Shown in pieces: positions 39,306 through 50,200 of a DNA stretch of 64,000 bases (position 1 is the stretch's first letter; each line of letters opens with the position of its first letter). The stretch comes from Callorhinchus milii. Its lineage: Eukaryota. The DNA lies in contig NW_024704742.1 of the NCBI RefSeq assembly GCF_018977255.1, forward strand, positions 30,196,001 through 30,260,000, given 5' to 3'. Under the pieces are notes generated by a model. It ran no database searches, was not told where the DNA came from, and saw only the letters and a list, made by a program, of their open reading frames with translations. The position numbers and the translations under genes are program-made.

Positions 39306-41369
39306 AAAGCTCTTATGAGCACAAGACCCAATATGGAGCTCAGGACAGGCTGCTTACAATCATTCTCATAATCCACAGACATCCCCTGTTTGGCGCCTAG
39401 ATTTCTGCCACAGCAACAGTATTTAGCAATCAATGGTGAGATACTTCATCAGTGTAGTATAAGTACAGTTGTCCTGTACAGTTTATTTTTACATCTTGTA
39501 TATTTAAATTGTTTAATACAGTGAGATCATGCATCATCAATAATAAATTTACATTCTATTAGACCTTTTCGAATCAGGAGGATGTCCCAAGGTGCTGTAC
39601 AGTGCAAGGTTTGCACCCAATTTGTGGGTGGAAAAATTAATGAAGGAGAAAAAGAGGAAGATCTTCAAGCAGACCTTGACCTTGAAGAAGGCGAGGGAAG
39701 GGGCAAGTTGTAGGCACTCCAGGATGGAGTTCCAGAGAGTGGGAGCACATCAATATGCCCCAAAATATTTTTATTTTTAAAAAATAAAAAAATACAATTT
39801 CAAACCCTGGATATTAAACATCAACAATTTTTAAAAATAAAAATAATTTTCACAGCACCTAACTAAATAAAGACACGCAAGTGACAGTAACTATTATTCA
39901 ATGTCTTCACAACAATTTATGCTCTTTCAGAATTGCCTTAACGTACCCAAAAACCATACTGTAGGTACACACCCATCTGAAATGTCAGGCATTTTATTCT
40001 TAACCTCACTCTAAACACATTTAATGGAGCAACGTTCTTTCTGATGGTTCCAGCTGTAAAAATGTTATCTCTACAATTTCAGGCCACTTTCGGTAATGAA
40101 CTGATACAATGATGACTGGATTGTTGCAATAGAGTTTAAACAACTTCATAAGCAAATACATTTCAGAATACAGCTAATTTTACAAATTACTTTTTCCCTC
40201 AAACAATGTTCTGTTATGAATACATGGGGCATAATTAATGATGCCGGAGTATTTATTACCACCATGTAACAAATGCTTACAATATTTTATATCAATCAAG
40301 ACAGGGATATCACATAATAGTCAAGTAAAATGTATCAAAAAGATATCAGGTTATCAAATAATGAATTTGTTTCCTTGATTAGAAAAGTTACACGAGTTTC
40401 GTAAATCAGAACAACCTTTCCTTTGTTGATCTTAAACATCCAATGCATCATGTTGTAGTGACAGAATCATGATCGTTTTTGTTAAAGTAACTTTTAAGTA
40501 ATTTTGTTTAAGTAACTTTTTTTTTAAAAAAAATCCCCGAACAGTTCATTGAATTAACATGAAGCAACTCCTAAATAAAAAGGGAGAACCCACTCAAGCA
40601 CAAAATCTCAGGTTCATTTAAGAAATCAGTACTGACATTTCAACGTCTATGGTACTGAAGTTTAGTAGCACTGATGAGGCTCGGAAAACTGCTGTCACAA
40701 CTAATTACAATCCTATTACTTTCCTGGTATTATAACAAAATTGAAAGCTAACAGGTGGCATTCATTTTAGGCATGGAATCAGTATACGGTTAGTTTAGTT
40801 CTGACCATTTGAGGATGAGAGAGGTAGTGCAAGCGGCATTTAAAGGGTAGGATTATAATTATGTGAAAACCTGTGGATTAGTTTGTTTCTTAATCTGCAG
40901 CAACAATGAAATTAGGGCATTTGGGACGAACGTGACCTTTGCACAAACTCTTAATCCTTTTAGAGTACAACATTTCTTGTCACATCCATTCACTTTAAAC
41001 GGCATTCAACTCTACCCTGTCATGAGCTAGGATTGCCCATGTTAACCCCCTCCGCCCCCTTTCCAAACACCCAACCCAGGCATCAAAACACTTATAATAA
41101 TAATAATAATAACACATTGCATTTGTATAGCGCCTTTGAGGTCGGGAGGACATCCCGAGGTGCTGGACAGTCAGGGATTCGGACCCTGATAAAGATTTAA
41201 AGTCGGGTGATGGGGATGTTAAATAAAAGGTTTGCGACAAGAGATGCAGTTTGAAAAGAGCCCCGACAACACACATTTCTCTTTTTGTGTGCGCGCGTGT
41301 GGTGTGGTTGGTCGGTCGGTCAGCCAAGTGTGCGACACACCAGGAAACCCACTGCCCGAGCCTAGGGTA

Positions 41370-41605
41370 CAACAACAGCAACAACAACACATTTGTAGAG
41401 CGCCTTTCACGACGGGAGGACGTCCCGAGGCGTTGGGACAGTCAGGAGCTTCGGACCCGAGCTGGGGGGTCGGGATCGGGATCGGGGAGGGCGGAGAGAG
41501 AGCGGGAGGTGGGGGGGGGGGGGAGAGTGGTTGGTAGGTGTGGAGGGAGGGAGGTGGGGAGGGAGGGAGGAGGGTGGTCGGAAAGCGCGGTCGAAGAGGA
41601 AAATC
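41370..41605 (-). mobile_element. L2 3' end
   Basis: caacaacac atttgtagagcgcctttcacgacgggaggacgtcccgaggcg tail motif. A second such tail lies at about 41100-41220. Confidence 0.75.
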
Positions 41606-41649
41606 TTGGGGGGATAACCTGCGTCACTGTTCGGTGAATGACTTAAAAA

Positions 41650-41945
41650 AAAATGAAGAGAGAGAGCAGAGAGTGAGAGAGTGAGAGAAGGAAAGAACGA
41701 AGGAAGGAAGGAAGGAAGGGAAGGAAAAAAGGAAAGGAAGGAAGGAAGGAAGGGAAGGAAAAAAGGAAAGGAAGGAAGGAAGGAAGGGAAGGAAAAAAGG
41801 AAAGGAAAGAAGGAAGGAAGGAAGGAAGGAAAAGAAAGAAAGAAAGAAAGAAAGAAGGAAGGAAAGAAGGAAGGAAGGAAAGAAGGAAGGAAAAGAAGGA
41901 AGGAAAAGAAAGGAAGGAAAAGAAAGAAAGAAAGGAAAAGAGATT
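41650..41945. repeat. (GAAG/GAAA)n polypurine microsatellite at the start of intron 1
   Basis: About 290 nt of almost pure A/G on the + strand. Confidence 0.95.
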
Positions 41946-41981
41946 AAAGTAAAGGCAAGGCAGCAGAGAGGCGAGACTGAC

Positions 41982-42537
41982 CAGCGTGAGGCATGGTGAT
42001 GGTCTCGTTGACATTGCCGGCCCCCACGTTGTAGATGACCACGGCGCTGGCGTTCTGCCTGGCGGCGTGCCAGATCTTCTCCCTGTACGTGCAGTTGCCG
42101 CGGGGCACCAGCGCGATCCAGGCCCGGGGGCCGCCGGGCCCGGAGGGAGGCGAGGCCGGGGAGGAGGAGGAGGAGGGGGAGGCCGAGGAGGAGGAGGAGG
42201 AGGCCTGGGCCTGGGCCTGGGCCTGGGCCTGGGGCACCTGGAAGCGGGAGTGCGGGTCGCAGCCCAGCCTGTCGTGGGGGGCGGGCAGGGCCAGGACCCC
42301 CCGGGCGTCCTGCTTGAGCGAGTGTTGGCCGTAGCGGCCGCACTCGCTCCGCTCCGAGCGCCACTCGGCCCCGCCGCCGGCCGCCTCCGCGTAGCTGATG
42401 TTGACGAAGGCCGTGTACCACTCCTCCTTCTCGGCCACCGTGAAGTCCAGGCTCAGCAGGTGGACGAAGCAGAAGGACAGCAGCCATGTTGAGAGCGCCA
42501 GACTGCGGCAGGCGCGGGCCAGGGACACCGGCATCAT
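41982..42537 (-). CDS. RNF150: RNF150 coding exon 1 (signal peptide and most of the PA domain)
   Basis: Translates MMPVSLARACRSLALSTWLLSFCFVHLLSLDFTVAEKEEWYTAFVNISY...ECGRYG...WIALVPRGNCTYREKI...QNASAVVIYNVG...NETITMPHAG, matching vertebrate RNF150 as I recall it. Starts at ATG 42537 (second ATG at 42534) and ends at the donor G|gtcagt (41981). 556 nt, phase 1. Confidence 0.96.
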
Positions 42538-43226
42538 GAGGAGGGAGGGAGGGAGGGAGGAGGGAGGGAGGACGGTGGTGGTGGTGATGATGGTGGTGGT
42601 GAAGAAGTTGCTGCTGTTAAATAATATCCGATTAGCAGCTGCTCCCTCTCCCTCCTCCTCTCCCTCCTCTCCACACCGACTCTCTCTCTCTCTATCTCTC
42701 TCCCTCTTTCTCCTTCTCTCTCTCCTCTCCTCCCTTCCTTCCTTCCTCCCTTTTCTTTCTTGGTAGGAGGCAAAGAAGAGGAACAAAAGTCGTCTGTCTG
42801 TCTGTCTGTCTGTCTCTATCTCTCTCTCTCTCTCCTTTCCTTCCTTCCCTCCTCTCACTTTCTCGTCTTTTCCTCCTGCAAATCTTATAAACAATATGGG
42901 GGTCTCCCCCCCTCCTCTCTCTCTCTCTCCCTCTCTTTCTTTCTCTCTCTCTCTCTCTCTCCTCCTCCTCCACTACCACCAGCTCCACTTTACTGCAGGA
43001 CAGACAGACACACACACACAACACACACACACAGACAGACAGACACAGACACAGACACACACACAACACACACACAGACAGACAGACACAGACACAGGGT
43101 ATCTTTTTTAAAAAAAAACTCAACAAATAATCCAAATAAATCTGTTCCTACTCAGCAGCAGCAGCAGCACATGGTATCTGCAACCTGAGGGTTGTTGTTA
43201 TTTTTTCCCCTTCTTGTCTCCCTCCC

Positions 43227-43277
<51 letters not shown>

Positions 43278-43800
43278 AAAAAAACTATCTATATAAATGC
43301 ATAACGTGGGTAAAGTTTCTTGCTGGGAGGCTTCTGACTGTGTCTGTCTGTCTCTCTGTGCTGTGGGGGGTGGAGGGAGGGAGGGAGGGGGTGGGGGTGA
43401 GGAGGCTCCTTTGCTGGAGGAGCTGCTGCTGCCTCTGCTCAGCTCCTCGCTCTGGATGCTGCTACACTGCTGCTGGAGGAGGAGAGTCATGATGTGGAGG
43501 AGCCTCCTTCAACCCCCCCCCCCCCCCCACCCCCACACCCTCCCTCCCCTCCCTCCTAATGGCTTGATACCGCGGAGAAAACTGACAACAAGCGCCACCA
43601 AGTGCAAGTCTCCAGTCAGCACCTGTCTGGGCCACTCGCTCCTGTCTCCACAGAGACCCAAGACCTTCACCCCCCCCCCCCCCACCCCACCACATACAGA
43701 CATACAGACATATATCCTCACACCACTCAAGCCATCACTCGCATCTGTGCAGAGAGGAATGAGAGGGAGGGGAACGAATGAGAAGAAAGGGAGAGATGGG
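42538..43800 (-). promoter_or_regulatory. Probable 5'UTR and promoter of RNF150
   Basis: Directly upstream of the start codon and next to the CpG-rich exon 1. Contains GA/CT, CA, CAG and G-run tracts, is free of interspersed repeats, and is bounded by a SINE at 43805. TSS not determinable. Confidence 0.6.
42640..43275. repeat. Cluster of (CT)n, (CTGT)n, (CA)n/(CAGA)n and (AT)n microsatellites
   Basis: Directly visible. Confidence 0.9.
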
Positions 43801-43804
43801 GAGA

Positions 43805-44133
43805 AATAACAATAATAATAATAGTCCTTGCATTTGAGATAGCGCTTTTCGCGTCTTCTCGACGTCTCAAAGCGCTCCACAGAATATACCGTAAAGTGAA
43901 TTGACTGTCTATTTGTGGGCCAAACCCGGCAGACAATTGCGCACAGCAGTGTCCCACAAACAGTCGTGGATTGAAATGACCCATTTATTAGTGTTTTTTT
44001 TTCTTGAGGGATTATTATTAGGCTCTGTGTGGAGTAAGGAAACTTGCCCAAGGTTTCGCCCTCTGCCTGGAATCGAACCCAAGTCTCTCGCTTGCAAAGC
44101 GAGTGCTCTAACCACTGAGCTACAGGACTCCAC
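43805..44133 (-). mobile_element. tRNA-derived SINE, short form
   Basis: Intact head with a ctcgc-ttTGCaa-gcgag anticodon-like arm (tRNA-Ala-like) and intact tail. Confidence 0.93.
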
Positions 44134-45164
44134 TGGGAGGAATGAGAAAGAGATTGGGAGGAAACCAGCTCAGCTCCAAGGAACCCCAGCTTACAACCCC
44201 ACCAGTCCCCCACGACAGTCACTAATTTTTTGATTTAATCACCATGAGGTATAGAGAGAGTAATAATATAATAATCCTTGTATTTGATATAGCGCCTTAT
44301 ATCTTCGAGACGTCTCAAAGCGCTTCACAGAATATACTGTGAAGTGAATTGACTATGTTTTGTGGGCAAAACCGTACGTTAGGAATACACAGGACTGGAA
44401 CGTTCTTATGCATTGATACACTCATCAGTTAATTAATCTTTCCAGTCCAAATGGCCCGTCTCAAAATGCAAAAAAAAATTTGCACAGAAGTGGTCTTGAG
44501 CTTAATAGACTAAATACAGTACTTATAAAATAAACAGTTACTACACTTTGCAGTAAATCCTGTGAAATGCTTTCAGACATCCTGATGTGAAAGACTTTTA
44601 AGGTTATTAGGATAATTATTAACAGGTTTTGACAACATTCGAAGGTGCTATATCAAGTGCAAAGACTAGTTAATTTATAGAGATGGCGAGTTGAATTTTT
44701 GTGTCTACTCTTTGCCCTTTCCTTGAGTTCTTATGTTCTTTTCTTAGTTGCTCTTTGGGGGTTCAGAAAGCATTTATTATAAGAACAGTACTTTCTTTTT
44801 CCCCATCCCCAGGAATGGTGTGATAGGAGCAGGCTCGGGACTGAAATTATTTTCTCATTTCATGCAGACTCAATGGGCTGAATAGCCTCCTTCTGTGCTG
44901 TTAAAAAAATGCTGTGCTTTCTTCTTATGTAAGATTGTAATAGTAAGCCTCGCATCACCACCTTTCACTCCACTTCCTCCAGTACTGGATGGAGTCCAAA
45001 ACCTGTCAAGTGCTACTGAAATTTTATATTGAGAAAAGCCAATAGTGCAGGACTAGACCAAAGGTTTAAAACAGTAGAAGAGTGTGAAACCAATCAAGAA
45101 ATTAGAGGTTTAATGAAGCTTGTCAGAGCAAGAACAGAATAACAGAGGTAAAGTGTTCCATTAA

Positions 45165-46048
45165 AACAACAACAACAAAATTACATTTGTATAGCACCTT
45201 TCACATCAGGAGGACAGCCCAAGGTGCTGAACAGACAAGAGTTTCAGGCGCGAGCTGGGGGTCGGGATTGGGGAGGGTGGAGGGCAAGGCGGGAAGCAGG
45301 GTGATTGAAAGCACGGTTGAAGAGGCTCTCCTCTTGAGATGGGTCTTGAAGGAGGCAAGGGAGGCGGCGAGGGGGAAGGACTCTGGAATGGAGTTCCAGA
45401 GGGTGGAGGCAGAGTGGCTGAAGGCCCACCCGCCAATAGTGGGGCGAGCAAGGCGGTGGACGTGAAGCAGGTCAGAGCCGGCTGAGCGGAGGGAGCAAGC
45501 AGGATGGTAGGGGGTTGGGAGATCGCAGTGGTAGGGGGGAGCAGGGCCACGGAGGGCTTTGAAGGTGAGTACCAGGATCTTGAACTGTATCCTCAGTGTG
45601 ATGGGAAGCCAGTGGAGTTGGGCGAAGATGGGGTGATAGGGCCAATAGAGCCTGGTGTGGGAGAGGACACGGGCTGCAGAGTTCTGGATGATCTGCAGCC
45701 TATGGAGGGAGGAGTTGGGGAGGCCGAGAAGCAAGGAGTTTGCATAGTCTAGCTTCAATGTAATGAAAGCAAGGATGAGGGTTTCAGCGGCCTGCGGTGA
45801 GAGACAGTGGCAGAGCCGGGCGATGTTGCTGTGGTGGGGGAAGGCAGAGCGGGTCGTGGCACGGATGTGGGGTAGAAAGGAAAGTTGAGGGTCAAACAAG
45901 ACCCCAAGGTCCTGGACTGGCTCAGTAAGGTGGAGTGTGTATCCATGGATGGTGATGCTGTCAGCGCCTGAGGTGAGGAGGCGCTGACGGGAGCCAATCA
46001 GGAGAGCCTCGGTCTTTCTGTCTGACATTCTGTCAGACATCAAGTCCA
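45165..46048 (-). mobile_element. L2-clade LINE 3' fragment
   Basis: KTEALLIGSRQRL...LQIIQNSAARVL...LHWLPITLRIQFKIL...LWNSIP; (CAA)n tail. Confidence 0.93.
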
Positions 46049-46057
46049 TAGTAATAT

Positions 46058-46350
46058 AATATACTGTAAAGTGAATTGACTGTATATTTTGTGGGTGAAA
46101 CATGTTAGCCAATTGTGCACAGCAGTGCCCCACAAAGAGTCATGGATTGAATGATCAAATCATTTTTTTTTAAGGAATTATTGCCCCCAGAAAAGCGATC
46201 CACCAATCGACTAACAACCGGGTTCCTACTTACTGCTTGGTAAACAGATGCAGTAAGGAAACTTGTCCAAAGTTTCACCCTGCCGGGAATCAAACCCAGG
46301 TCTCTCGCTTGCAAGGCATGTGCTCTAACTACTAAGCTACAGGACTCCAC
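46058..46350 (-). mobile_element. tRNA-derived SINE, long form, 3' end abutting an L2
   Basis: Reverse-complement match to the family; tail replaced by the L2 at 45165-46048. Confidence 0.9.
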
Positions 46351-47292
46351 GCAGGACTAGTCATGAAAAAGAATGAGTCGTAGTACAACTGTGCATTTTA
46401 AATTTATTTCAACATCACAAGATGTTACAGGTATTCTATTGTCTGGCGTATCTTGATAGAATGTTCTCAGGAGCCCCTTTTCTTGGTCAATACAAATTTC
46501 AGTTGCACTTGGCTTCGCACTTTCCAAGTCTATTTTGTGACATGCAATGTTTACATAACAACAACAAATGATTTAAGTGCAAACAATCAAGTACAGGCTA
46601 ACCAGAGTCCACAGTAAAACACCGGGAATCAATTCAGTCTCCACTAGATAAAGATGGGAATACATCCAAAATTGCACCAGCTCCTTTTCCAATTAAATAA
46701 TAAGCTTTCAAGCCCAAATATTAAATCTGTTCAAACATAGATTTTAATAGTGATAAGTAAAATAATTAAACACAATAGAAAAGTGAAAGGTTTTGCTAGC
46801 AATCCTTTTCTTCAAGGTGCAAACAAACAATCAGTGAAGTAGGTCTCTCTCTCAATTTCTTTGATTTTTTTGAAAAAAAGTTGACCCATAGTCCCCATCT
46901 GGCCTCTCCAGTTAAACAATTTTGGAGGTTTCTTCACACTAAAACCAAGACCTTTAAATCATAAATAAATCAATCATTTGAGATGGAGGTCAAGTTTCAA
47001 AGGATTCATTCAATTCGAGGTATGAAAAAACTCAACCTTTGTGTTGGAGAACACCTTTATCTAAACACATTCACACTTGAGTGTGAACAATTTGAAAGGC
47101 AAAACTCATTCGACTCTTCAAGACATAATGAAACCACTATTGTTGACGACAGCTTTTCGAATTTTAAAAAAATGTGACACAAGTATGTAGGATCGTATAG
47201 AACTGAATGTATAGGTACTGTCGACCTGGTTGGTCTCAAATTAAAACAAACTAAATACTGTAATCCTGTACTATCTCTCATACTCAATTGAT

Positions 47293-48377
47293 TTCTCCTG
47301 CGGATCTAAACTCCTCAACCTCCCAGGGCTCTCCCTCAGGCTCAGCGAACCAGTGCGCAACCTAGGCGTCCAGTTCGACCTCCGACTGTTCTTCCTCCCC
47401 CACATCCGGTCCCTGACCAGGACCGCTTTCTTCCACCTCTGCCACATTGCCCGCCTCCCACAGTACCTTACCCCAAATGCAGCCCAAACCCTCGTGCATA
47501 CGTTTGTCACCTCCCGCTTGGATTACTCCAATGCACTCCTCGCCGGTCTCCCCAGCTCCACCATTCACAAGATGCAGCTCATTCAAAACTGCCGCCCGCA
47601 TACTGACCTGGACCAAACTCCGTACCCACATCTCACCAGTTCTGGCCAGGCTCCACTGGCTCCCCATCGCTGATCGGACCGACTTCAAGATCCTCACACT
47701 CGTGTTCAAATCCATTCACTCTCTGGCACCTCCCTACCTCTCCGACCTCCTCACTCCCCAATCCACCACCCGGCGCCTCCGCTCGACTGGCACTGGCCTC
47801 CTGCTCATCCCTCGCACCCTCCACCCCACCATCAGAGGTTGCGCTTTCAGCCACTACTCCCCAAAACTCTGGAACTCTCTCCCCCAATCCCTCCGCCTTG
47901 CCCCCTCTCTCTTGTCTTTCAAGACCCATCTGAAAACTTTCCTGTTCAACCAGCCACCTCCCCCTGGCTCAGAGTCAGGCTCCGCTACTATTGTGGAATC
48001 CTGTAGCTCAGTGGTTAGAGCACTCGCTTTGCAAGCGAGAGACCTGAGTTCAATTCCAGGCAGGTCAGGGCGAAACCTTGGGCAAGTTTCTTTACTCCAC
48101 ACGCCTAATAATAATCCCTTCAAAAACCAAAAAAACAATAATTAAATTGGTCATTTTCAATCTACGACTGTTTGTGGGACATTGCTGTGCACAATTGGCT
48201 GCCGCGTTCGCCCACAAATATACAGTCAATTCACTTTACAGTGTGTTCTGTGAAGCGCTTTGGGACGTCCTCCCAACGTGAAAAGCGCTATATCAAATGC
48301 AAGGATTATTATTATTATTAAGCACTCTGAGATGCTATCCTACATGGAGAGCGCTATATAAGTGCAAGTTGTTGTTG
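47293..48377 (+). mobile_element. L2-clade LINE 3' fragment interrupted by a SINE
   Basis: VRNLGVQFD...TSRLDYSNALLAGLP...LHWLPIADRTDFKIL. The tail resumes at 48320 (aagcactctgag...gcaagttgttgttg). Confidence 0.92.
47993..48319 (+). mobile_element. tRNA-derived SINE, short form, nested in an L2 tail
   Basis: Full head to (TTA)n tail; L2 sequence continues on both sides. Confidence 0.93.
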
Positions 48378-49744
48378 TATTTCTGTGCCAAATAATTATC
48401 TAATTTCCTCTTGAAATTGGTGGCACAGTGTATCTTCATGGGTAATCTTTACCCACATTCATCACAGCTTGTGTAAAATAACTAAATCCGAATTGTTGAC
48501 CTTGCCTCTTTTGAGTTTGAGTCCATATTAAAAGCAATGTTCTTGATCTATTTTACTACTTTGAATATGTTACTGAGATTCAGGCTATCTATAATCTTCA
48601 GAATTTGAACACTTGAAAAAATCTCCCCTTAGTCCTTGGGTCTTTAATGTGAACTTCCATAATCATTGCCTCTCCTCAGGTGCTTAAGTTTATCTTTGAA
48701 TTTAATTAGGCTACACTACATCCTTTCCAATGTTAAGATGTATTTATTGAAAATAGTGGACAGAATTAGTCCTAGTACTCTGGATAGGACCAGGCTGGTG
48801 CCCTGTACAAGCTCAGTATCACTTCCAGTGACTGAAGTTTTATTCCACTAATTAAACACTTCCCAACATCTTGTTCACTTTCTTTCCTTTGTTGCAGCAC
48901 ATTGTTGCTGGTTTCAGTGATGTGCCTTTCAGCAGACTTGCAACCTGTGTCATTCTTGCCGATTATGAATATGGCTCCTAATATTTACCTCATGCTGATA
49001 GTTTTAAAAATGTAACCTATTTTGATATAAGAAAAAGAATTTGCAGTTTCCTGCACTATTTGTAGTTTATAACTCTCACTCACAACCTTGTCTGGCGATC
49101 TGAGAGATGGCAAAACTGATTCACAATATATTGTTTATTGTTCTTGGCTCAATCATGGCCTCGGTGATGGTGTCATGCTAGAGTGGGAAAATTGAATACT
49201 TATTTGCTTGTTGTGGTTGCCATGGCGAGAGCTAGCTCATGGCGTGACATCTATGCCAAGAGGGAATGTCAGGTTCCACCTTCAGGAAATTAAATCACAT
49301 CACCGAGGGGTCAACTTTTCAAAATCGATTAGTGTCATCATTGCAGAGGTGCAGACGAGTGAATACACTAAAAAGTAACAATCACAAGTTGGAATTTAAT
49401 AGTGTGCATTCCTTAGAGTTAATCAAATAACTGTATTTCAGTAAGGGAAAAAAAGAGATTTCTGGAAATCTAATACCACACTTATACAATGCCTGAGTCA
49501 GAACAATGGGCAAACTCCACTGCAAAAGTGGCCCAAGGCTGGTCACTTCACCACCAGATTTGATGACAGACATGCTGGTAACATCCGTAGCTAAATCCGT
49601 CACTGAATTTGCACATGTGCAGGATCTTCTGATCACTGCTTGATAACTAATGGGAGAAGTATCGGGGGAAAAAATATTCTGGAAGCAATGCCACCTTCTG
49701 CTTAAACACCTCTCCTGGCCTGTGCTATAGATTTTTTTTTACTA

Positions 49745-49985
49745 TCAGTTCAATTAGGAAATGAGCAGGAAATGGAGAGAGAGGTGTGAGTGAAGTTGAT
49801 TTGCAATAATGCATTCCAAAATTTTGGCCACGTAGAGCAGGTTTGAGATGGGTCTGAAGTTTGTGAGGTTGGAGGGATCGGAGGTAGATTTTTTAAGGGG
49901 AGGAGTGATGAGAGTGGTTTTGAGGGGTAGTGGGATAGAGCCTGAAAAGAGGGATTGGTTGATTGTGTCAACCAGTCCCTCTGAT
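49745..49985 (-). mobile_element. L2 RT N-terminal fragment
   Basis: LKTTLITPPLKKSTSDPSNLTNFRPISNLLYVAKILE. Confidence 0.85.
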
Positions 49986-49989
49986 GTGA

Positions 49990-50200
49990 AATAATAATAA
50001 TAATAATAATAATCCTTGCCTTTGATATAACGCCTTTCACGTCTTCTCGACATCTCAAACCGCTTCACAGAATAGACTGTAAAGTGAAATGACTATATTT
50101 GTGGGCGAAAGGCGGCAGCCAATTGCGCACAGCAGTGTCCCACAAACAGTCGTTGATTTAAAATGACCAATTTATTATTGTTTTATTTTGGAGGGATTAT
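49990..50200 (-). mobile_element. SINE 3' half
   Basis: (TAA)n ccttgc...gcagccaattgcgcacagcagtgtcccacaaacagtcg. Confidence 0.88.

Noticed and set aside
41624..42492. Overlapping alternative-frame and antisense ORFs of 287 aa and 168 aa
   Set aside because: By-products of the GC-rich exon and the (CTTC)n tract; no recognisable domain.
42538..42894. N-terminal extension of the 316-aa ORF
   Set aside because: No ATG; it is translated microsatellite. RNF150 similarity starts at MMPVSL.
44060..44133. tRNA-Ala-like sequence
   Set aside because: No proper acceptor stem, and it continues into the SINE body; a SINE head, not a tRNA gene.
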